Source: Syntrophorhabdaceae bacterium (GTDB lineage Bacteria > Desulfobacterota > Syntrophorhabdia > Syntrophorhabdales > Syntrophorhabdaceae). Taken from it: a stretch of 64,000 nt of DNA. The notes below the pieces were generated by a model, which had not been told where the DNA came from, did not search any database, and worked only from the letters and a program-made list of their open reading frames with translations. This document shows, one piece after another, positions 55,047 to 64,000 of the stretch (the first letter of the stretch is position 1; each line of letters opens with the position of its first letter). The stretch lies in NCBI GenBank assembly GCA_963666485.2, contig CAXXUO010000008.1, positions 112,132 through 176,131 of the forward strand. The letters run 5' to 3'. Position numbers and translations under genes: made by a program.

Positions 55047-55566
55047 TGCAGCCCCCGTTCAGTTTAATCTTTCCCATGCGAATCCGCGTCGGGGAAACGA
55101 TAACACAGTTCGTGATATTCCCCGTCTCTGTTTTTCCTGCCCTCAGCAGGCAGATCGCGCCCGTCGTCGTTGCGTATCCCCTCGCATCAAAGGTCGGGAC
55201 GAGCCCTACCGGATTAAGTGTGACGGGTTCCTTCACGTCGGTCGTATTGGACCAGGTGAACGGCGCCTCTTTCCTCGCCAGCCGCTGTATATCCGTAGGA
55301 GGGGTGCTCGGCAACTGGTCGCCGTTCGTGTCTTCGAGCACCATGTACGAACCGTCTGTTGCGAACTGCATGAAGTGCATCCTGTTCGTGTTCATGGCCA
55401 TCGTCCGCATGTTCGCCAGGTCTGCATAGATGCGTCTCGTCTGGTTCTGGATCCTGTTCATCCGGACAAATTCGCTCATGCTCGGTATTGCTAGAGCGGC
55501 GAGCAGCGCGATGATCGCCATGACAATAAGAAGCTCGAGAACTGTGAAACCCGGATTTGTTTTCAT
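55021..55566 (-). CDS. FimT/FimU-like minor pilin
   Basis: G|FTVLELLIV, AIPS, TFDARG. Confidence 0.82.
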   Translation of the reverse strand: MKTNPGFTVLELLIVMAIIALLAALAIPSMSEFVRMNRIQNQTRRIYADLANMRTMAMNTNRMHFMQFATDGSYMVLEDTNGDQLPSTPPTDIQRLARKEAPFTWSNTTDVKEPVTLNPVGLVPTFDARGYATTTGAICLLRAGKTETGNITNCVIVSPTRIRMGKIKLNGGCSEADCMQQ

Positions 55567-58500
55567 CGTTCCTTCATGTGCAGTATTTTTCTCAACGGCT
55601 TCGGAGGGCCGAGGAGCGAAAAACCACCACCCGCTATGCCCTGCCCGATCGCCATCGCCCGGCCGGCGGCCAGGTTAAGCGCAGATCCGCCTGCAGTCGT
55701 CTTCAGGATCGGTGTGGCTATCTGGCCTGTCGATAACTGGGTTATTACCATCCCCGCGAGGGCCGCGAGCGACGGGGGCCCGCCGGTATTGTACCCGACC
55801 GCCCAGAGATATGTGTAGCCTCCGATCGCACAGACGTCACTCGACGGCGAGCTTGTCAGGAAATAGACAACCCCGTTGTACGACGCAACCGGCTGCGACA
55901 GCACCCGGTGCGCCTTGTAACCCGTTTCGGGCGCCGGGAAGGTTATATACCATCCGAGGGATGAGCTTGGCAGGGCAGAAGCCGAACCCGCCGTAAGGTC
56001 ACCCGCCACGACGGTCGTGGTGCACGATGGCGTCAATGTGTTCGTCCCGCCATTGTAGCACGGGTCCTCGATACCGTAGAATGATTGCTGGCTGTCCGGG
56101 TCGTCGAGAAGGGCCCCGTCATTCAGCCGGTAAAAATAACGCCCCGTCCCGAAATATATCCAGAGCTTCCCGTTCCTGCGGTCCTGGAGTTTACTTAAAG
56201 CGGCGGTCACGGGGCCCGTGTTGTCTATCAACTTGCTCACCGACCAGTTGTTCGGGTTTATGTCACCCTTGGTCAAGACACGGAGAACGCCCCCCTTTGT
56301 CCAGGTAGATGAATCCAGCTTCGTGTATCCCATGTAAAGAGCATCATCGGTGTAATTGCTCAGCGATGCGGGGCTGCCCCTGTCGACATCGATGACCGCG
56401 CTGGAAAGGGACCCGCCAAAAGCATTCGCAATGCCGGTATCGATGGTCGTATACGAAGACTTTGAGCCAGTATAAAGGTCCAGAACAAAGAGCTTGAGGG
56501 TCTGGTCCGAGGAGCCCATGAACTGGTGGTACGTCGTATTGATCGGTCCGGTCGGCCCGCTGCCGAACACGGCGAACCATTTCCCGTTCTTCGTGCCGTC
56601 ACCTATCCTGACAATTGAAGGCCCTGTCGTCGAATAACCGAGGGCGGGATTCGAGAATTCCCAGAGGAAGACCGGGTTGACCGGATCGGTAATATCGAAT
56701 GCAAAGTAGGATGAATAACCGACATCGCTTATCGGCGTCTTGACGCAGTTGGTGCATGACGTGCCGCTGTTTCTGCACGCCCCGCCTATCCCCATGCCGC
56801 CGATGAGTATCGTCTTCCAGGTATACCTCGATTTCGTACCGTTGGGATCATTGCCCGACGCTCCGATGCTCGCATCGAATATGTACACCGGCTGATTGAC
56901 ATAAAATATGTGGCAGTAACTCGAGCTCGTGAGGTACTTCAGGTAGGGGAGCGCCCCTTTCGGTATGAATGCCCATCGCTCCGTGCCGAGCGGAACGTCC
57001 GTCGTCTGCAGGTACCCCGCCGTATTGAGAGGAAGGTTGTCGAAACTGAGCTTGCCGAGTTCGAACGCGTGGAGCATGCCGTCATTGGCGCCGACAAAAA
57101 CCATGCCCCGTGCCTTATAGGACCCCACTGAATTCCCCGATGCGTCCACGTCGTTGACATACTGGTAGTACGTCCGGTCGTTATACCCCTCTGACGGGTA
57201 CAGGTGATAAGAATTCAAGGGAAAGGAGCTCTTCAGTTTAGGAGTTGACTGGACTATATCGCCCAGCTTCCAAACGTGGGTACCTTCTGTGCCGTTATAG
57301 GTCGTGGTGACGGTCCTGTTGCGGTAACCCGCTATGTCATAACCATGCACGTAATTAACGATATTTTGAGCTGTCGTGGGGTCACCCGCTGCCTGGAGGT
57401 ACGTCTGCAGGGTTCCGTTCGATGCGGCATTTGCCGCGCTGAACGTCAGCACATTCGATCCGTCAAGCGTCGTATAAATGTTCCTCGGTGACGATGCGAG
57501 GTCCCGCTGCCAGAGGATGATCCCGGCTTCCCATAGATTTTTTGTTTCATCAAGGTCGACGGGGGACGGGTAATCCTCGGAGCCTTTCTGGGCGGAAGAG
57601 TTCGGTGCGTAACGCCGTACGACCGTTTTCCCGAGTCCTGCGTCAAACTCGTACTCGATGATGTCATCCGAGTATATGTCGAGATAATTGTTCCGTACCG
57701 TGTCTTCCCGTATTGTACTGTTGCCTATCTGGGGGTCTATATAATACCAGAGGTTTTGTATCTCCCCCGTCCAGTCTATCTCGGCGTCCGTGAACATTCT
57801 CTTCGGGAAGAAGAACGCCTGGAGGATGTTCGCCCCGCTTCCTTCCGCCGATGCGAGGACCGATGCGGCGGTGCCGGATGATGCCCGGCGGAGCATGTCG
57901 AGAAGCGCCGCCTCGAGCTTTGTTTTCAACTCGTTGCCTTCGCTCGCCTCGAAATAATTGTAGGGATAGTTGACCTTGTCCTTGTCCCATTCGACGCAGC
58001 CGCTGTCCCAGCGCGTCGGATAGTCGCACTGGGTGAGGGGGAAATTGATATTGAGACTGGTCACAGTCGGCATGGCTGTATACGGATAGGGGAACTTGTC
58101 CGTCGCCGAGTAATCGAAGCCGCCGAACATGGCCGTCGCCTTCATCGAGTTCCTTGCCGTGGCCTCGTTTCCGAAGGCATAGAGTGCGTACACCGTTACA
58201 TTCTGGGTACCGGTAAGGTCCGTTCGCAGGTCTGAAGTCCTCAACGCCTGCGCCGGGATTATGGGGTCAATGCCGAGGCCGGTCGTATCCCATGCACCAT
58301 CGGAAACGAGGAGGACAAATGCCTTGCGGCAGGGGATGGCCGTGGTGTCATCGTAGAACGGGTCTTTCTTCGACCCTCTCTGGACATACGCGTTATTGCT
58401 GTAATAGGGGCTCGAGGTGTGTTCCTCGACCTGTTTGATAAGGTCCCAGGACTTCCACAGCGCCTCGCCGGTCGGCGTCCCGCCATAGGGTTTCTCGTTA

Positions 58501-59360
58501 TTCATCGCATTCATCAGGTTGATTGAATCGTTAAACGTGATCGCCTTGTCAGCGAGGACGCGGCCGAGCCTGTTATACGTGCCCGAACCCGAGGAATAGA
58601 CCATGAGCTGAAAATAGGCCTTGCCGTAAAAATCCTGGATGATGCCTGTGACGTTGGCCATGTTGGGGTCGACGACATATATCCCCTGGGCCGCGGCGCC
58701 TTCCACGGGACAGGCCGCCCCGCCGGCCACCAGCCTCGTTATAGTCAGGGCACGGTTCGCCGTTCCCGAAGCGGCCGTCACCGTGTATTTACAGTTATGG
58801 AACGAATCGTTGATGACGTACTGGGAACCCTCGCTTTCGAAAAAGCCCTGCTGCGTATTCTGGCGCCCGCCGTCGAGCGCCTTGCGCGCAACGTCGATCC
58901 GGGTCATTGTCAGCCAGTTAAGGAAGTTGCCCGAGATACACAGGGGCCCCGTGCCGATCCTGTTCGTGGCATCTGTCCCGCACGTGGTGCTCGGGCTATA
59001 CTTGTTCGATCCCTGCACGTAGTACATGTCCGAATCGAAATAGCCGTAGTAATCGATGGTCTTGTCGTATTTCCTGTCGGCATTGTGGGTTGCATCCAAC
59101 GTTGTCGTACCGCAATCCGCAACGTCCTTATTCGTATAAGAACCTTGCGCATTCCAGTTGTTGGGCGCATAGGCCGGGAACTGCATACTTCCGGAAAAGT
59201 CCATGAGGAGGAGAATGTAAGGCTTGACGGCATTGCTGGCATACAAGGGATACACGCAATAGTCGTTGTTGGTCGGGGTGGCCGCCGCCCCGTGCACGAG
59301 GCCGGCGTATCCCGATCCCAGGACCAGGAGCAAAATGAGGAAAAGGCAGGTCTTTCTCAT
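55563..59360 (-). CDS. pilY1: PilY1/PilC tip adhesin with vWA and beta-propeller domains
   Basis: DFSGSM MIDAS, GGTPTGEAL, LGDIVQSTP, VGANDGMLHAF, YFGTGRY. Confidence 0.93.
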   Translation of the reverse strand: MRKTCLFLILLLVLGSGYAGLVHGAAATPTNNDYCVYPLYASNAVKPYILLLMDFSGSMQFPAYAPNNWNAQGSYTNKDVADCGTTTLDATHNADRKYDKTIDYYGYFDSDMYYVQGSNKYSPSTTCGTDATNRIGTGPLCISGNFLNWLTMTRIDVARKALDGGRQNTQQGFFESEGSQYVINDSFHNCKYTVTAASGTANRALTITRLVAGGAACPVEGAAAQGIYVVDPNMANVTGIIQDFYGKAYFQLMVYSSGSGTYNRLGRVLADKAITFNDSINLMNAMNNEKPYGGTPTGEALWKSWDLIKQVEEHTSSPYYSNNAYVQRGSKKDPFYDDTTAIPCRKAFVLLVSDGAWDTTGLGIDPIIPAQALRTSDLRTDLTGTQNVTVYALYAFGNEATARNSMKATAMFGGFDYSATDKFPYPYTAMPTVTSLNINFPLTQCDYPTRWDSGCVEWDKDKVNYPYNYFEASEGNELKTKLEAALLDMLRRASSGTAASVLASAEGSGANILQAFFFPKRMFTDAEIDWTGEIQNLWYYIDPQIGNSTIREDTVRNNYLDIYSDDIIEYEFDAGLGKTVVRRYAPNSSAQKGSEDYPSPVDLDETKNLWEAGIILWQRDLASSPRNIYTTLDGSNVLTFSAANAASNGTLQTYLQAAGDPTTAQNIVNYVHGYDIAGYRNRTVTTTYNGTEGTHVWKLGDIVQSTPKLKSSFPLNSYHLYPSEGYNDRTYYQYVNDVDASGNSVGSYKARGMVFVGANDGMLHAFELGKLSFDNLPLNTAGYLQTTDVPLGTERWAFIPKGALPYLKYLTSSSYCHIFYVNQPVYIFDASIGASGNDPNGTKSRYTWKTILIGGMGIGGACRNSGTSCTNCVKTPISDVGYSSYFAFDITDPVNPVFLWEFSNPALGYSTTGPSIVRIGDGTKNGKWFAVFGSGPTGPINTTYHQFMGSSDQTLKLFVLDLYTGSKSSYTTIDTGIANAFGGSLSSAVIDVDRGSPASLSNYTDDALYMGYTKLDSSTWTKGGVLRVLTKGDINPNNWSVSKLIDNTGPVTAALSKLQDRRNGKLWIYFGTGRYFYRLNDGALLDDPDSQQSFYGIEDPCYNGGTNTLTPSCTTTVVAGDLTAGSASALPSSSLGWYITFPAPETGYKAHRVLSQPVASYNGVVYFLTSSPSSDVCAIGGYTYLWAVGYNTGGPPSLAALAGMVITQLSTGQIATPILKTTAGGSALNLAAGRAMAIGQGIAGGGFSLLGPPKPLRKILHMKER

Positions 59361-59372
59361 ATATCGTCTCTC

Positions 59373-60157
59373 CTATCGATGCAGGAAGATCTCATTGAAC
59401 GCATGGATGACCCCCGAGCCAAGGAACAGGTACAGGACAGCGCACAATGACAGAAAAGGCCCGAACGGTATGGCGTACCGGGTGCCCTCCTCCTTTCCTT
59501 TCATAAGCATGAGCGGGATCCCCACGAGCGTCCCGACGACCGATCCGCCGATGAGCGAGAAAAGGACGCCCTTGAACCCGCTGAACGATCCGATCATTGC
59601 GAGGAGCTTGATGTCCCCCCCTCCCATGCCTTCCCTTTTCGTGATCAACTGGTACCCCCCAGGCGATGACGAACAGCACACCGCCCCCGAGGAGCACCCC
59701 GTAAACGGCCTCCATGACCTGGAAGCCGGGCCTCACAAACGATATTACTAATCCCGCGACCATCCCCCCGATGCTCAGGATATCCGGGATGATCTGGAAA
59801 TCATAGTCAATGAAAGAAATTACAATGAGGATCGCCGTAAAAAATATCTGGATAAAAAAATTCGGAGGACAATCCCCACCTGCGGTAGATAAACATAAAG
59901 ATGACTGCGGTTATCAATTCGACCACAAAATAGCGGAACGATATCGGTGCCTTGCAGTCCCTGCATTTCCCCTTGAGGACCAGGTAGCTGACAAGGGGAA
60001 TATTGTCGTAGAACCTGATGGGCTTTTCACACCGTGGACATCCCGACGGGGGATATATTATGGATTTCTTGCGGGGGATCCTGTAGATGCAGACGTTAAG
60101 AAAGCTGCCGACAACTGCACCGAATATAAAAACCACTATGAGATGCGTTATATGCAT
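59373..60157 (-). CDS. pilD: Prepilin peptidase; two apparent homopolymer frameshifts (~59855, ~59658)
   Basis: GSFLNVCIYRIP, CxxC pairs, GMGGGDIKL, IPFGPFL across three frames. Confidence 0.9.
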
Positions 60158-60169
60158 AGTATCCCGGGC

Positions 60170-60535
60170 TCACTTGATATTCGCCAATACCCCGTTCTGG
60201 TCTATCGTCCAGGTAGTGTCGAATATCTTGTCGTTATCGAGGTCCGCCCTCGCCTCGGCAACGAAGCGGTCAACGCCCGCATCGCGTATCCGGAAATAAT
60301 ATTTCCTGGACCTTTCCTTCCAGTTCGCCAGTTTTGTTTCATCGGACGTGTACGTGCCATATTTGGCCTTATATGCCTCTTCTGCTTCCTTTATGCATAC
60401 CATCTGGACCTTCATGGTCTTCTCCGCCTGCTTCTTGGCCCGTATGGCCCCGAGAGGGAGAGCGATGAGGACGATGACGATCACGATGACGACGCCCGTC
60501 AGAAGTTCAATTATTGTAAAACCCTTGTTATCCAT
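60170..60535 (-). CDS. PilE-like minor pilin
   Basis: G|FTIIELL; YKAKYGTY; DLDND...WTIDQNG. Confidence 0.8.
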   Translation of the reverse strand: MDNKGFTIIELLTGVVIVIVIVLIALPLGAIRAKKQAEKTMKVQMVCIKEAEEAYKAKYGTYTSDETKLANWKERSRKYYFRIRDAGVDRFVAEARADLDNDKIFDTTWTIDQNGVLANIK

Positions 60536-60548
60536 ATCTTCCTGTTAA

Positions 60549-60573
60549 GAGGGGGCCTTCATCAGGCCCCCTC
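60549..60573 (-). terminator. Hairpin downstream of the major pilin (leaky terminator or mRNA stabiliser)
   Basis: GAGGGGGCCT-tcatc-AGGCCCCCTC 10-bp stem; weak U-tract. Confidence 0.65.
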
Positions 60574-60588
60574 CGGTCGCTTGCGCTG

Positions 60589-61038
60589 TTAGTTCTTCGG
60601 TACGAACTTTGCCGGAAGCCCACCGCCGCCTGACCAGGTCCAGGTCTTGAGGTCGGTGTCGCTTGTGAGAACGAGTGTCTTGCCGTCAACATCCGTGCTG
60701 CCGATGTTCGTGATGGTCGCCGTGATCGTGACGGCGCCGCCGGTCGATCCGGCCACCGTCATATCATTGATCCTGGTCGGCATGGTTACACCCAGGGTCG
60801 ATGTAACGGCTGCCGCGTTGGCTGCCACGCAGGCCAGGGCGCCCGTGGATGACTCTGAAGCCAGGGCCGCACATGCGGTTTTAACCGCTCCGATGGTGTT
60901 CGTTACTTCTGTGAGACGGGCCTTTCTCGTGTAGTCCATGTAGGCCGGCAGAGCGATGGCAGCGAGGATACCGATGATGGCGATAACGATCAAAAGCTCG
61001 ATCAAGGTAAAACCTTTACTGTTGTGAAGCTTTGACAT
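60589..61038 (-). CDS. pilA: Type IVa major pilin, copy 1 (149 aa)
   Basis: [35 protein letters not shown]. Confidence 0.93.
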   Translation of the reverse strand: MSKLHNSKGFTLIELLIVIAIIGILAAIALPAYMDYTRKARLTEVTNTIGAVKTACAALASESSTGALACVAANAAAVTSTLGVTMPTRINDMTVAGSTGGAVTITATITNIGSTDVDGKTLVLTSDTDLKTWTWSGGGGLPAKFVPKN

Positions 61039-61238
61039 ACTGCACCTCCTGGAATAAATTAAGATAGTATTACTTCAACCGCTATTGTAGCACAATTATA
61101 ATACTTGTAAATGATATTCGTCACACTTTACAATTATCGTAAAATCCCTCAAAAACTTTACAATTCCGCATGGGCTTTGTCAAATTTTGACGAAGAACAT
61201 GAATGCTTCAAACTCATGCCCGCACACTCACGCTCTTT

Positions 61239-61689
61239 TTAGTTTTTCGGGATGAACTTGGCCGGCAGCCCGGCCCCGCCTGACCAGGTCCATGTCCTGA
61301 GATCCGTGTCGCTCGTCAGGATGAGTGTCTTTCCGTCGACATCGGAACTGCCGATGTTCGTGATGGTCGCGGTGATCGTAACGGTGCCGCCGGTCGACCC
61401 CGCCACGGTCAGGTCGCCAACCCCTGGATGGTATGTTGATGCCGAGCGTTGCCGTGGCTGCGGCGCCGCTTGCCGACGTACAGGCAGCCGCACCGGTTGC
61501 CGACTCCGATGCCAGCGACACGCACGCGGTCTTGACCGCCCCCATGGTATTCGTCACCTCGGTAAGCCGGGCCTTTCGCGTGTAATCCATGTAGGCCGGC
61601 AGGGCGATTGCCGCGAGTATGCCGATGATAGCGATGACGATCAGAAGCTCGATCAGGGTAAAGCCTTTCGAATCATTCAATCCAGCCAT
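61239..61689 (-). CDS. pilA: Type IVa pilin, copy 2; one extra base in the run at 61421-61424
   Basis: Removing one nt gives 149 aa colinear with copy 1, ending LPAKFIPKN. Confidence 0.88.
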
Positions 61690-61863
61690 GCTGCACCCCC
61701 TGCACGTATTAGGTATATAGTATGAAATTTTAATTGCAGACAATTATATACTTTGTAAAAAATATCTGCAATTTTTCGCCAGATCATCAAATAACTTTAC
61801 AAAATGACAAAAAATTTATCATATTGTGACAGATCACATGAAAATAACGGCATGCACTGTAGT

Positions 61864-63805
61864 ATGATAACCAGGTTAATGGCACCCGTGAGAGAACACG
61901 AACAGAATGTGAAAATATGCCTCTGCCTGGCATGCATCCTCGTTCTGACATCGATAGCCTATTATCCTGCCATATACGGGGGATTTGTTTGGGACGACGG
62001 CAGTTATATCCAGAGGAACCATCTCGTAAAGGATATCTCCCTCAAGACGCTCAAGGTCACGTTCAGCCAGTTCAGCGTCAGTAATTACCATCCGGTCACG
62101 ATCCTGTCGTACGCCTGGGAATACCTTTTTTTCGGGCTCAACCCCCTTCCCTATCATGTCGTCAATATCGTGCTGCACCTCGTGAACTGTATCTTCGTCT
62201 TTTTTTTCCTTTTTTCGCTTACCCGGAGCATCCCCGCCGCGTTCATCACGGGGCTTCTCTTCGGGATACACCCGCTCCACGTGGAATCCGTCGCCTGGAT
62301 ATCGGGACGAAAAGACCTCCTCTACACGCTGTTCTTTATGGGAGGCCTCTTAAGCTACCTGGCATACATACGGCAGCGGCAGGTCCGGTTCTATATCTAT
62401 GCGTTCGCCCTGTGCATCATGTCGCTTATGTCAAAGTCCATGGCGATGAGCTTCCCCGTCGTTCTTATCCCTCGTTGATTATTACGAGGGGAGGCGGGAC
62501 GTCAAACGGATGATCGGGGGAAAAGGTGCCGTTCTTTGCCCTTTCTTTTGTTTTCGGTGTCCTTGCCCTTATGTCCCAGCAGAGCGCAATGCAGGTGAAG
62601 ACGGCATATTCATTCCTGCGCGGGGCCTTTATCGCTTCACACGGCCTTCTCTTCTATGTCGTCAAGATGTTCGTCCCCCTCGATCTCTTGCCGCTTTACC
62701 ATTACCCGTACGGATACAGCGGGTTCCTGCCCTCGAATATATCCTCGCCCCTTCCGCGATTGTGCTCATCGCCGTGATCGTCTACCTGTCCACCCGGTAT
62801 AACGAAGGTGGTGCTCTGGGGACCGCTTTTTACCTCGCGACCGTTTTCCCGGCGATACAGCTTATCCCGGTCGGCCATGCCCGGGCGGCGGACCGGTATA
62901 CATATGTTCCCCTCATCGGCATCTTTTTCATCGTCGGCATGTTCCTGGCGTGGTTGTGGAAGAAAATACCTGCGAAGAACGGCGCGTTGAAAGCGATCTC
63001 GCTTGGCCTCGGCGGGCTTGCGGTCATTTCCCTCGTGTGGCTGACCGTCGCCCAGACCGGTGTCTGGAAGAGCAACAAAACTCTCTGGAATACATTATCA
63101 AGAAAAATCCGTACAGCTATATTGCGTACAATAACCTCGGCGGCGAATACCACCGGATAGATGCGGAAAAAGCCCTCCATTACTATAAGATGGCAGCGGA
63201 GATAAAACCTGACTACTTTGATCCCCTCATCAATATGTGCAACATATACCAGCTCAAGGGTGAAAAGGTGACGGCGGTATCGTACTGCCTCAAGGGGCTT
63301 GAGAATGACCCGCTTTATATCGCGGTCGCGAACGCGTGTGCGCAGCTCGGCGATATTTTCAAGGATGTCAACCCGCTCCTTGCGCTCGAAATGTACGAGG
63401 ATGCCGCCTATGCGAACCCGGACTCCGACATCGGCTATACGCGCTTGTGCAATTTTTTACCTGTCACGGCAGGAGTACGAGCCCGCTCTCGCCATGTGTT
63501 CCCGTGCGGTGCGCCTGAACCCTGACAATGCCCTCACCTACGAAGCGCTCGGCAATATCTTCATGAGGACGAGAGACTACGACAGGGCGCTGGTAAACTA
63601 TGCAAAGGCCGTTTCTATCAATCCCCGCCTGGCGCCCGTGCAGCACGACCTTGCCCTCATTTACTATTTTTCGAAACAGTACGACCTGGCGGTGAGGCAT
63701 TACAAGGCCGCAATTGACCTGGGGATCACGCCTAATCCCGAGTTCCGCAAGGAGATCGAAGGCTACATGCACAATACCGGCCGGCCGGCAGTCAACGCGA
63801 AATGA
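61864..63805 (+). CDS. TMTC-like GT-C glycosyltransferase with C-terminal TPRs; several apparent frameshifts, start uncertain
   Basis: GFVWDD, YHPVT, HPLHVESVAWISGRKDLL, ADRYTYVP, then TPRs (AYNNLG, YEALGNIF) across fragments. Confidence 0.8.
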
Positions 63806-64000
63806 ACGGGCAATGTCCTTCCTGCGGCGAGAGGGGTTGTGACGTCCTCTTTCCGCACCGGACTTCGATACCGGCACAAGAGAGTTTCAGGTAGTACGGT
63901 GCCGCTCGTGCGGGCTTGCATGGACCTCGCCCCGCCCGTCCGATGAAGAATTGGGGAGATATTATTCCATCCCTTATTACGGCAGCGGACAGGCGAAATT

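Noticed and set aside
60589..61689. Electrically conductive pili
   Set aside because: Only 6 aromatic residues in the 140-aa mature pilin (about 4%), with a very long aromatic-free gap.
60589..61689. DGR template/variable repeat pair
   Set aside because: Both copies are full genes, the differences do not look adenine-specific, and no reverse transcriptase lies in the window.

Overview
A 64-kb chromosomal window from a bacterium whose gene content and order suggest an anaerobic deltaproteobacterium, possibly Syntrophorhabdus-like (inference only). Left to right: a MerR/Xis-type HTH fused to a class III nucleotide cyclase (cut by the window edge); a complete IS110 (IS621-like) element inserted in a REP-like palindrome pair, whose bridge-RNA guides can be read from the sequence; etfBA; the rpsU-yqeY-mutS2-dnaG-rpoD operon; a GH108-like lysozyme behind a sigma54 promoter; purA; ruvCAB; an apparently leaderless tadA whose 3' end overlaps tRNA-Ser(CGA); a RelBE-type toxin-antitoxin pair; and a PilB/GspE-like ATPase. 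Next is a ~14.6-kb potassium-uptake cluster: KimA-like permease, USP, kdpFABC plus an extra small peptide, a split KdpD with a PTS-EIIA fusion, KdpE, and a second sigma54-type two-component system. Its cis-elements suggest a KdpE -> enhancer-binding protein -> sigma54 -> kdp cascade. After that come a chemotaxis cluster with sigma28-like promoters, an RsuA/RluB-family pseudouridine synthase, and a type IVa pilus locus with a membrane-domain-PilM fusion, PilY1, twin pilins and a divergent TMTC-like glycosyltransferase. Six genes carry small frameshifts, mostly 1-nt indels in homopolymers, that are most likely assembly errors. All calls come from reading motifs by eye; no searches were run.
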